Positions 40,212 through 48,796 of a DNA stretch of 57,026 nucleotides are shown piece by piece. The DNA is taken from IMG/VR virus record IMGVR_UViG_3300006162_000001; one strand, 5' to 3'. The notes under the pieces were generated by a model. The model searched no databases. It had not been told where the DNA came from and was given only the letters and a program-made list of their open reading frames with translations. Origin of the DNA: a virus. The position numbers and the translations under genes are program-made. How positions within the stretch are numbered: position 1 is the first letter of the stretch; the number at the start of each line of letters is the position of its first letter.

Positions 40212-42803
40212 TTAGTTCAGCTTGTAATCGAACTGGATATTTGTAGCCTGGCCGTTCGTACTTCCGGGATACATTAAGACGGTCGCCGTGGTCGTGGAAT
40301 TCACGGTCACGATTCCGGACTTCATTAGGATGTTCGGTGGTTCCCCAAAAGAAGCCAGCCCCACATAAGTCTGGGTTCCTGTCGTGGCCGTGATCGGAAG
40401 GGAAACCGTCAGGGTCGTAGCGGTTCCGGACGCCGTGGGGGTATATAAGACCCCGATATTCACATGGACGATATTCCCGTTTCTGGAATAGGAAGCGGTT
40501 TGCAGGGTACTACTGGCGATGTTCAGCGTATTGGTAAGGGTCGGCGTATAGGTAGCGGAAATATTGAAGGGCCAGTTCATTTCATAGGCGGTACTGTCGC
40601 CGGGCTTACGGACCAGAAGCTTATAATTCGCCGTGTCATTAGACACCGGGGTCGTGTAAAGGGGGCCGGTGAACTTCACCTTCATGGAATCGAAAAACAG
40701 GTTGTAATTATTGGATCCACCCAGGTGGATATCCTTCAGGAAGGGCTGGGTTCCCAGTTCCACGGTATCGCCGCCCCGGATGTTTATCCCGCTGGTCCAG
40801 TAAGTCGTATCGCTGACCCAGGTAGGGACGCCGGAAACGGCCTTCAGGACGGCATTGGCCCCGCCGATCGGAAGCCTGGCGGCGGTGGATCCGGAAGAAG
40901 CATAAAGAAGGTCACCGGTGGAAGTGAACAGGTTTGTCATCAGGGTCCCGGCGGCCGCTGGAAGATAATAGGTGTTCACCGTGGCGGTCGGAATATTGGA
41001 CAGGTTGAAAATAGCCTGTTTTGTTCCGTCAGCCAGGTTCTTTAAAAGGGATACGTTGTCCGTGATGGGAAGACTGGTTCCGGATCCGCCACCACCCCAC
41101 TTCACCCAGTAGGTCCCGTTATAAACACAATATCCACCGGATCCTGTTCCGGAAGCGCTGTCCGTATTGAAGAACACGTCACCGGCCTGGGGGGTGAAGG
41201 AATTCATGGCCGCCGTATTGCCCCCGCCGTTTCCTAAGTTCACCAGCTGGTTTTCCCGTCCAAAAATGGCGGCGTTGTTCCGCATGTTCGCATTTTTCAG
41301 ACCGTGGCCGATAAAGGTGAAGTTATTGACGACTGTCAGCGTGCTGGTACTATCCGTCCCGACCACTATATCGTTCGTTGATGTGGTATTGAAATATCTT
41401 CCGGCGAAGGTTCCCAGCATGGCGAAATTTGATCCCGTGGTAATATTACCCAAAGCGTAGTCCCCCACGGCGGCGATCCTGGACGCCGATGTGGCCGCCT
41501 GTAAACCGGCGGATCCGACAAAAGCCACGTTATTACCGTTCGTCATGACCGGCCCATTATTGGATCCGAAAATGGACACATGGGTTCCGGTGCCCCCGGT
41601 ATTGTAGTTCGTAGGTCCGAAAAGGGTGAAATAGGTTCCCGGCGCTGTGGGGATGGATCCGGTGGTGTTCCAGATCATCTGAAGCCCGGCGGTCCCTGAT
41701 AGGCTGATCCCGTTAAAATTCAGTTGTGTCGCCCCGGAATTGACAGAAAACCCGGAATTGCTTTGAATGCTGGTTCCCGTTCCGAAGGGGATAAGAAGGT
41801 TCGGGACGGCGATCGTCACGTTCGCCACATCCGTCTTTGTCGCCAGCTTCCCGGCTGACGTGTCCGCACGCATGGCCCCCGTGCTATTGTTATAAGACAG
41901 ATATCCGCCAGCCAGGGCGGAAATATTCGTCAGATTGATATAGGCTGAAGGGTTCGTCAAAGGATAAAAGGTGGCGCTGTTATACGTTGAATCCCGGGCC
42001 ACATCGTACCTGGTGGCCAGAAGACTGGTATCCCCTTTCAGGATGATGTTCGTCCCCACCAGCGTCTTCAGGATCCCGCTATATCCCTGGACGGAACTGT
42101 CAGCCCCGCCGGATCCACCGGCGATCTTCCCCCAGGATGACCCGTTATCGTAAAAAAGCTGTAAGCTGTCCGTGGCGATATATTCCGCCCCGGCATTCCC
42201 CGCCGCCGGCCGGGAAGCAAAAGTCCCTGATCCGTAGGAATAACCACCACCGGCATTCACCACCCCGTTCAGGATCCCATATCCCCCCAGTGTGCTGGGC
42301 GTGGATGAAATCTTCGAAAAAGGGATGGAAGTGATCCAGGTGGGGTTCGCATAGGATCCGGAAAGGGAAACATAGTAAGCTGAATAATCGGATCCTGAAG
42401 GCGTAATATATCCCGTCCGCCCATTGAACGCCCAGACGCCCCCACGGATCTTCATACTGGTGGGCACCCCGTTTATCTTTATGGTGATCGTGGTATCGTT
42501 CGGGATATAGGTGGAATCCTGTTTCCGGTAATTTGCCGTATCCAGGTTGACCTGGGCGACCCCCGTAACCTTAATATAGGTTCCGTTCGTAGGGGTGGAT
42601 CCGGATCCACCGTGGGATCTGGCGTAAGCCTGGGTGGCCAGGGTATCGTTAGGATTCTGGTAGTATTCTGACGCCCGGACACTATCCCTGACTTTTATAT
42701 ACCGGTTGAAATACTGGGGCTGGGAAACGACCTGGACCTGGCTTTCTGCTTTAAAGAAAGCCGTCAGCATTAAAAGGGCGAAAAGTATTTTTTTCATCTT
42801 CAT
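40212..42803 (-). CDS. Large fibre-like protein with an N-terminal signal-peptide-like segment
   Basis: MKMKKILFALLMLTAFFKAESQ. FNGRTGYITPSGSDYSAYY is a tail-fibre-type motif. 863 aa, G/S/T/N-rich. Confidence 0.6.
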   Translation of the reverse strand: MKMKKILFALLMLTAFFKAESQVQVVSQPQYFNRYIKVRDSVRASEYYQNPNDTLATQAYARSHGGSGSTPTNGTYIKVTGVAQVNLDTANYRKQDSTYIPNDTTITIKINGVPTSMKIRGGVWAFNGRTGYITPSGSDYSAYYVSLSGSYANPTWITSIPFSKISSTPSTLGGYGILNGVVNAGGGYSYGSGTFASRPAAGNAGAEYIATDSLQLFYDNGSSWGKIAGGSGGADSSVQGYSGILKTLVGTNIILKGDTSLLATRYDVARDSTYNSATFYPLTNPSAYINLTNISALAGGYLSYNNSTGAMRADTSAGKLATKTDVANVTIAVPNLLIPFGTGTSIQSNSGFSVNSGATQLNFNGISLSGTAGLQMIWNTTGSIPTAPGTYFTLFGPTNYNTGGTGTHVSIFGSNNGPVMTNGNNVAFVGSAGLQAATSASRIAAVGDYALGNITTGSNFAMLGTFAGRYFNTTSTNDIVVGTDSTSTLTVVNNFTFIGHGLKNANMRNNAAIFGRENQLVNLGNGGGNTAAMNSFTPQAGDVFFNTDSASGTGSGGYCVYNGTYWVKWGGGGSGTSLPITDNVSLLKNLADGTKQAIFNLSNIPTATVNTYYLPAAAGTLMTNLFTSTGDLLYASSGSTAARLPIGGANAVLKAVSGVPTWVSDTTYWTSGINIRGGDTVELGTQPFLKDIHLGGSNNYNLFFDSMKVKFTGPLYTTPVSNDTANYKLLVRKPGDSTAYEMNWPFNISATYTPTLTNTLNIASSTLQTASYSRNGNIVHVNIGVLYTPTASGTATTLTVSLPITATTGTQTYVGLASFGEPPNILMKSGIVTVNSTTTATVLMYPGSTNGQATNIQFDYKLN

Positions 42804-42807
42804 GATT

Positions 42808-43743
42808 TTATTGCGCTACGATTATCCATTCCAGGGTAACATTCTGAACGCCGGAAACCACTTCCCGCCAGTAGGTATCGAAGCTGGTTTGTGTCTTATT
42901 CCTTACCGTCACCTGGTGGAAGATATCCACCCCGGCATTGGCATTAAGTGAAAGGACAGAAAACAGGACCGTGTAAGGGACCGTGATAGTCGTCCCCAGG
43001 GAAATGGTATGTATCGTCCCGGCACCGGTATCGGCGTCCCCCAGGTTCGTGGATCCACTGGCCAGCCGCTTTCCACTGGTGGCGTCAGCATAGGCTTTGT
43101 TTACCGGGTCCAGGGGATTCTGGGGCGTATAGGCATTCGTGTCCCCTTTGACGATCACATTACTGATCTGGGCGAAAAGGGCCAAAAGCTGGGCCTGATT
43201 ATAAACCAGGCGGGGGTCATTCCCCTGGGCCACGGTTCCGGCCACGGATCCGAAATTTGCATAGGCACCCTGACCCAGCGAAGCCTGAAGGGCGTAGAAA
43301 GCCACGGCGGCGGCACCCAGGTACTTCAATCCCATCCGGTAGGCGTTCATATTGCCCATCATCTGGGGGCTGGAAGTAGGCGTGGAAGTCAGCGATGTGG
43401 CTGCAAAATTCGTATTGTAAATATTTCGGCTGTTCCCGTCATCAAAGCCCTTCGTAAGAACGCCCTGGACGTTAGGGATCAGGTATTGGCCTTCCGTGAC
43501 CGTAGTGGGGATATAGTAAAAGACCCCGTTCAGGTAGAAATATCCCGGCGTAAAGGTGTTCGGAACGCCGGGGACATAGGTCAATCCGGAAATGATGGCG
43601 AAATCAGTGGGGCCCAATCCGCTTAAAATAGCCGCCATGGTCTGGATCCCCTGGTCAGCGGCCAGGATATCGTCAATGAAAGCCGGATTGTCTATCCCCG
43701 GATAGGTCTGACGCAAAAAGGGCGATTGTATTAAGTCGGACAT
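42808..43743 (-). CDS. Tail fibre protein (putative)
   Basis: 311 aa. GTVAQGNDPRL motif common in phage fibres. Position after the baseplate genes. Confidence 0.55.
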   Translation of the reverse strand: MSDLIQSPFLRQTYPGIDNPAFIDDILAADQGIQTMAAILSGLGPTDFAIISGLTYVPGVPNTFTPGYFYLNGVFYYIPTTVTEGQYLIPNVQGVLTKGFDDGNSRNIYNTNFAATSLTSTPTSSPQMMGNMNAYRMGLKYLGAAAVAFYALQASLGQGAYANFGSVAGTVAQGNDPRLVYNQAQLLALFAQISNVIVKGDTNAYTPQNPLDPVNKAYADATSGKRLASGSTNLGDADTGAGTIHTISLGTTITVPYTVLFSVLSLNANAGVDIFHQVTVRNKTQTSFDTYWREVVSGVQNVTLEWIIVAQ

Positions 43744-43754
43744 GATGAATGAAT

Positions 43755-43937
43755 TTATCTTTTCGTTTTAGGTCCTATCCAGATGGGCTTCCTTCCCCCG
43801 GTGGTATCGTTCACATTGGTCTTCGGGACCACCTTGGTGGTAAGGATCTTCTGGGTCTTAAAAAAAGGGGTCGTCCCGCCAGTGGCATCATGCGGACTGG
43901 GAAGGGTGACGTTCTTCTTTTTTGTTACTGTGGCCAT
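43755..43937 (-). CDS. Small hypothetical protein
   Basis: 60-aa ORF with ATG start, tightly packed between neighbours. Confidence 0.4.
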   Translation of the reverse strand: MATVTKKKNVTLPSPHDATGGTTPFFKTQKILTTKVVPKTNVNDTTGGRKPIWIGPKTKR

Positions 43938-43939
43938 GG

Positions 43940-44434
43940 TTAAAAAGTTAAAATTTGATAAGGGATCCCCTGGATCCGGATCTGTTCGATGACAGCCGTG
44001 ATCCCGGGAATATCGCTATTGACAGGAACATGAATCGATACGTCTGACGTGTTCGCCTGGTCGAAAAATTCCCTTAACTGGATAGCCACATTGTCGGCGA
44101 AAGTCTGGGTCTGCAATAAGGCGTTATAATTGAACGTGTCCAGGGCCTTCACCTGGATGGCCGCCTGGGTGATAAAAATCCGCATTAAGACGGGATCGTA
44201 CAGGTAGTTTAATAGGTTCGTCAGCTGGCCTATTTGCCACTTACATCCGGCGACCAAAGCTTCCGTATTCCGGAAGGCGACATAATTGGCGAAAGGGGTC
44301 ACCAGCGGACCCATAAAACAGGAACAATATTTATATAAAAGGGACAGGTTGCCGGAAGCATTCACGGCGAAATAGCTTCGAAGGGATTCATAAAGTGATT
44401 TAAAAAAGTCGATATTTCTAAAAGAATTACCCAT
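43940..44434 (-). CDS. Baseplate/tail protein (possibly Mu gp48 / P2 gpI-like, by position only)
   Basis: 164-aa ORF downstream of the J-like gene, separated from it by the GIY-YIG insertion. Confidence 0.4.
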   Translation of the reverse strand: MGNSFRNIDFFKSLYESLRSYFAVNASGNLSLLYKYCSCFMGPLVTPFANYVAFRNTEALVAGCKWQIGQLTNLLNYLYDPVLMRIFITQAAIQVKALDTFNYNALLQTQTFADNVAIQLREFFDQANTSDVSIHVPVNSDIPGITAVIEQIRIQGIPYQILTF

Positions 44435-44915
44435 TTTTACGTGGTCTTTTTAAGCCTTTTCTTGATTCCGACATTTTTCTACGATGTTCTAAAGAAAGAA
44501 CCTTTCCGGTATTAAATATTTTAAGCTTAAGCTTTGTTTCTTCAGATATGGGATGACCCTTTATTGATACCCCCCTTTTGCTTTCACTTATTTTTCTTCT
44601 GGTTTCTTCAGATTTTTTAACACCTAATTGATTGTGGGCGATCATTCTGATATTAAAAACAGGCTTTAAAGTGTCAATATAAAATTGTTCTCTTATTATT
44701 AAATCTTCAGAATTGAAAATTTCTTCTAAAATATTGAATTCCAGGTCTTCTATGCCATATTTATTGAAATGGTTTTGAAGTATTTTACTGTGATGTAGTC
44801 CTTTTTTTAATCGGCATAAATGAACCGATATTCTATAAACATACTTCATAGCGCTACCTACATAAATTTTCCCTGTGGCTTTTGATCTGATCTGATATAT
44901 GGCCATTATGTTCAT
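44427..44915 (-). CDS. GIY-YIG homing endonuclease with NUMOD3-type repeats
   Basis: IYQIRSKATGKIYVGSA...YRISVH...REQFYIDTLKP, then SEETRRKISESKRG / SEETKLKLK / SLEHRRKMSESRKG repeats. Confidence 0.85.
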   Translation of the reverse strand: MNIMAIYQIRSKATGKIYVGSAMKYVYRISVHLCRLKKGLHHSKILQNHFNKYGIEDLEFNILEEIFNSEDLIIREQFYIDTLKPVFNIRMIAHNQLGVKKSEETRRKISESKRGVSIKGHPISEETKLKLKIFNTGKVLSLEHRRKMSESRKGLKRPRKNG

Positions 44916-45694
44916 ATAGGTGAATAGGTAATATTTAAAAGGTAGTCGGCGGCGTAATTAAAATATCCCGAAGTCAAAGCAGATGACCCGGTAAAGAAAA
45001 CGCCGTCTATTGTCGTATTCGAAAGCGAAAAGTCCCGCATTCCGGGAACATTCTGCTTAATATAGTCCTGAAGATCCCCCACATAAAAAGTCCCATTGAA
45101 GGCGAAGGAATTCCGGAAAGCGATCAGCGCCGCCTGAAGATTCGTCTGAAGAAGACTGAAGTCGTAGGTGGCGTAGTAAGTGGCCGTGGCTTTGAAATCC
45201 AGAATATTCGGATTGGCGGAAATGATCGTCACCGGCACCCCTGGAATTTCGAAATTCACGAAATAATTTTCGAAGGCGGACAGCTGTAAAGGGGTAAGCG
45301 CCTGAAGGGAATTCGTGATCGTGTTCAGGGTCGCTATCTTCAGATAAAGCTGTGATGACTGGCCGGATATAATTTCTTCGAAAGCCGCCTGGCTGATAAT
45401 CTGGGCGGTCGGATCAATCACGGCATAATAAGGATCCAGCGTGGTCGGATTAATAGACAGGTTATATCCGAACTGGAAAGCCAGCGCCACCGATGTGTAA
45501 TAACCGGATTTCCCATAACGCTGGGTCGTGATGATGTTCAGGATATTATTTTCAGAATTCTGCATTTCGGTAATCGTATTGTCGATGACAATTCCGACCC
45601 CCTGGGCGATCTTATTGTAAATGCCCAGCTGGCTGGGATTATTAAATCCCAGGGCGATTAAATTGGCGTTTATCTGGTCAGTCGTAGCCCCCAT
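44912..45694 (-). CDS. Baseplate J-like wedge protein (putative)
   Basis: 260 aa. Assigned by position after the W/V/hub genes, with only loose similarity to baseplate J C-terminal regions. Confidence 0.4.
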   Translation of the reverse strand: MGATTDQINANLIALGFNNPSQLGIYNKIAQGVGIVIDNTITEMQNSENNILNIITTQRYGKSGYYTSVALAFQFGYNLSINPTTLDPYYAVIDPTAQIISQAAFEEIISGQSSQLYLKIATLNTITNSLQALTPLQLSAFENYFVNFEIPGVPVTIISANPNILDFKATATYYATYDFSLLQTNLQAALIAFRNSFAFNGTFYVGDLQDYIKQNVPGMRDFSLSNTTIDGVFFTGSSALTSGYFNYAADYLLNITYSPI

Positions 45695-45696
45695 GA

Positions 45697-46071
45697 TTAA
45701 TAGTAATTATATGACACATCGAACCGGGCGGAAATTACAGCCCCGGGTCCTGAAATAGTAATATAAATCGGCGTCACCGTTCCGCAATAAAGCCCCGGAT
45801 TAACGATCTGTGAATTTCCGATGATCGTGTCATCCATCAGGTCGTTTCCGTTCGGATAAGTTCCTATCCTGACCAGCGGCGTCCCCCCGGTGGCGGTAAG
45901 GGAAATCTTACTGATATAAGTATTGGCCGGGATGGACTGGGTATAATTGGCATTAATACCTGGAATTTTAAGCGGCACGATCAGGGCCCCGTAAAGTTCC
46001 GTGAACATGCTGTTCAGGTTATTTCGGACCGTCAATCCACTGTCACCATTGTTTATAATAATTTGGCTCAT
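45697..46071 (-). CDS. Hypothetical baseplate-module protein, paralog of 142..447
   Basis: Shares the GTPLVRIGTYPNGNDLMDDTIIGN block and the C-terminal SYNYY with the 101-aa ORF. Confidence 0.6.
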   Translation of the reverse strand: MSQIIINNGDSGLTVRNNLNSMFTELYGALIVPLKIPGINANYTQSIPANTYISKISLTATGGTPLVRIGTYPNGNDLMDDTIIGNSQIVNPGLYCGTVTPIYITISGPGAVISARFDVSYNYY

Positions 46072-46082
46072 GAATTTTAAAT

Positions 46083-46442
46083 TTAATCAGTCCAAAATTG
46101 CGTGTCTATCCAGGTTGCCAGGTCATTCCAGTATGTGGTCGTAAGGATCCACAGTGAATTCAGCTGATCAAAAATACCTATTATTTGGTTCTGAATCCCT
46201 GTCGATAAGTTGTTCACAGCTGGGTATAACTGAAGCTGACGTAAAGCATTCAGGTCCATGATCACGGTATCGGGAATGGTAATTTGTTGCCCCGCGAAAA
46301 GCTGGGGCGTCCAGTCCGCTAAATTGTTCGCCGAAAGGATAAGATCCAGATTATTCACAGTGGCGCTTCCCAGCGTCCCTGTACTGTTCAGGACCACATC
46401 CCACAGCGTTTCCCCCTGCTTTACCGTATAGACGCTGCTCAT
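46083..46442 (-). CDS. LysM-like domain tail protein (P2 gpX-like role, putative)
   Basis: YTVKQGETLWDVVLN...QQITIPD fits the LysM pattern. Confidence 0.5.
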   Translation of the reverse strand: MSSVYTVKQGETLWDVVLNSTGTLGSATVNNLDLILSANNLADWTPQLFAGQQITIPDTVIMDLNALRQLQLYPAVNNLSTGIQNQIIGIFDQLNSLWILTTTYWNDLATWIDTQFWTD

Positions 46443-46747
46443 AAATAGCTTTGTTCAGTGCTGATCTCAATATTGTTCCCCGGTTCATTTGTCGCCGTCC
46501 AGACTGCAAGTGTAGCCCCGTCAGTGATCATCTGGGCTTGCCAGCGGTTCATTTCATAGGCCGCCTTACTTCCGTTCCCGCCGATGATCTCCAGGATCCC
46601 GATCCCCACCATGGGGGCCAGCGGATTGGCAGCCCTGGAATATAAGACATTCCCCCCGTTCTGGACGGACGGGTTTGTCGTCAATTCGAAATCATTATTC
46701 TGAAGAACGATTTCCCTGGCCACGATATCGAACCATATATCTTGCAT
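46439..46747 (-). CDS. Small baseplate protein (gp25/W-like or DUF2634-like, by position)
   Basis: 102-aa ORF between the spike and LysM genes with overlapping start and stop codons. Confidence 0.35.
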   Translation of the reverse strand: MQDIWFDIVAREIVLQNNDFELTTNPSVQNGGNVLYSRAANPLAPMVGIGILEIIGGNGSKAAYEMNRWQAQMITDGATLAVWTATNEPGNNIEISTEQSYL

Positions 46748-47286
46748 CAGTGAATAATTGTAGTGTCTTCAATATTTGCCCTTTGTGTCGGCGTCAGCGT
46801 CCCGCTTTCTTGTAAAATACTGGGCCCTGTCGGCGATCCCACAGCTGTCACGTTGTGGGTATGGGTATTGAACAGGGTGATCAGGTTATTTAACAGGTTT
46901 TCGATATTGTTAAGCTTTGTCGTCAGGGCGATCACATCCACCAGTCCGCCCAGCTGGCCCTGGTTAAACTGGACCAGGGTGGACATGGTAATCAAAAGCT
47001 TATCCGACTTGTCGATCGATATGATCTGGGGTCGCTGGATATTCCCGTCCCGGAAGGACAGAAGGACATTCGCCCCCACGGAAGGAATTTCCACGAAAGA
47101 AGCCTGGGATCCGGTTACCACCTTCAGCGGTACGGCGTAAAAGGTGACGCCGTTAATATTACAGTCAGCCGTGAAATTCACTGAATCCACATCGATCACA
47201 GTTCCTTCGTAGATGACATGGCCCCTGACCATGTGCTTCACAAAGTTTATCAGTGATTCCCCCAGTTCGTTCGATTCTTCCGCCAT
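46747..47286 (-). CDS. Baseplate spike / assembly protein V-like
   Basis: GTVIDVDSVNFTADCNINGVTFYAVPL...PSVGANVLLSFRDGNIQRPQII (OB-fold pattern) and C-terminal HTHNVTAVGSPTGP. Confidence 0.65.
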   Translation of the reverse strand: MAEESNELGESLINFVKHMVRGHVIYEGTVIDVDSVNFTADCNINGVTFYAVPLKVVTGSQASFVEIPSVGANVLLSFRDGNIQRPQIISIDKSDKLLITMSTLVQFNQGQLGGLVDVIALTTKLNNIENLLNNLITLFNTHTHNVTAVGSPTGPSILQESGTLTPTQRANIEDTTIIH

Positions 47287-48269
47287 CAGTTATCGCTTAA
47301 ATATGAAAGTCTTAGTTTACGGTGGAATCCTTCAGCCCCCAGTTCCGTGTGGATCCCTACACACACATAATTCCCGTTTTTGTCCGGATATCTTACATCA
47401 TTATAATTCACTTTGTCGTAAAGGTTTACATCGGGATAAAGCAAAGCATCGATGGACCCCTGATATCGAAACTGCTTATATTTCGCCAGTGCATCATTCG
47501 CCATCTGGGTATAAAGTGACAGATTATAGGGAACCTTATAGAAATAGACTTCCCTTAACTGGCCGTTAGGATCCCCCACTTCCAGGCTGTCTTTGGTCCC
47601 GTTTTCCCGGATGAACCAGGCTTTCAGCTTTAGCTTCAAAAAGACGGCGTTAGGCTTTTGCAGATCGCTTCTTAATACATTGATATCAGTGGAAAACTTC
47701 ACCACATTAAGGGTATTGGAAGCAATATTCACATAAAGATCCGTCCCCGAAAGGGTGATCACAAGTCCCAGTTCCCTTTTCAGCCATTCCAGGATGGCCG
47801 CCGGGCTCATGTCTTTGAAGGATATATTCACCAGGTTCAGTTGTAAAATGGGCTGGATAAGTCTGATCCCAGTCCCCTGGATGACATTCGCAATTAGTTG
47901 CTGAAGGGTGACGGACTGGTAAGCCACACTGATCGAAGTCTGGTCCAGAAGGAAGATATTATCCTGGCATTTTATTTTTATAGGCATGCCTTCGATGAAG
48001 TCCACGACATAACCGTGGAAGACTGTTAAAAGGGGATAGCCATCATATTGGGCCTGGATGACCACTTCATCCCCGGTATTGAACGGATTATTGGCGATCT
48101 GGTTCAGGAAGTCATGGGTCCCGTCAGCATATTCCAGGCGGCAATTTATAGGGACCACGATATCACAGTCGGATCCGATATCCTTGCTGTCGTTATTTAT
48201 GGAAACGGCGGAAACCGTCTTCAAAAGAACGCCATCGATCGTCACTGTCAATTTACAATTCAGGTACAT
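47286..48269 (-). CDS. Baseplate hub protein (P2 gpD / Mu gp44-like, putative)
   Basis: 327 aa, in the position between the post-TMP gene and the spike. Confidence 0.45.
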   Translation of the reverse strand: MYLNCKLTVTIDGVLLKTVSAVSINNDSKDIGSDCDIVVPINCRLEYADGTHDFLNQIANNPFNTGDEVVIQAQYDGYPLLTVFHGYVVDFIEGMPIKIKCQDNIFLLDQTSISVAYQSVTLQQLIANVIQGTGIRLIQPILQLNLVNISFKDMSPAAILEWLKRELGLVITLSGTDLYVNIASNTLNVVKFSTDINVLRSDLQKPNAVFLKLKLKAWFIRENGTKDSLEVGDPNGQLREVYFYKVPYNLSLYTQMANDALAKYKQFRYQGSIDALLYPDVNLYDKVNYNDVRYPDKNGNYVCVGIHTELGAEGFHRKLRLSYLSDN

Positions 48270-48796
48270 CAGGAATTGATTATTATAGAAAGTCCTTCAG
48301 TATTTTCATATCCGCTTATCGTCACCGGCAAATTTTTGGATCCACGGACAGTCACCGGCCGGATCCGGTGGATGACCATCTGACGGATCCCCAGCTTATT
48401 CAGGTAGGTGTTTTCCACCGTCACCACGCTGTCAGGAAGCCAGACATTATTCCAGATATTGGCCATGTCGTCCTGGGGAAAAACATAGTTCCCGGGATTA
48501 TAGATATCCTGGGTCCTTAAGACGAATTCGAATTCCAGTTCATAGGGTTTGCGAAGGATCCGTTCATAAACGACCACCCCGTCCAATATCTGGTTCATGA
48601 CGATAAGCTTTTCCCCGTTCAGGAAGATCATGGTATCCAAGGGAAGCTGGATCCCGTTTATCAGCGTCCGGGATGGATTATTGGTCTGATCTACCACGGG
48701 CGGATTATAGGGCACCTTCTGGGCGGGAAGATTCCGTCCGTTATAGGAAACATTGGGATTCGGTCCCGGGGTCGATATGTTCTTTATTACGATCAT
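48269..48796 (-). CDS. Tail/baseplate protein following the tape measure (by position)
   Basis: 175-aa ORF with 4-nt overlap with the TMP stop. Confidence 0.35.
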   Translation of the reverse strand: MIVIKNISTPGPNPNVSYNGRNLPAQKVPYNPPVVDQTNNPSRTLINGIQLPLDTMIFLNGEKLIVMNQILDGVVVYERILRKPYELEFEFVLRTQDIYNPGNYVFPQDDMANIWNNVWLPDSVVTVENTYLNKLGIRQMVIHRIRPVTVRGSKNLPVTISGYENTEGLSIIINS

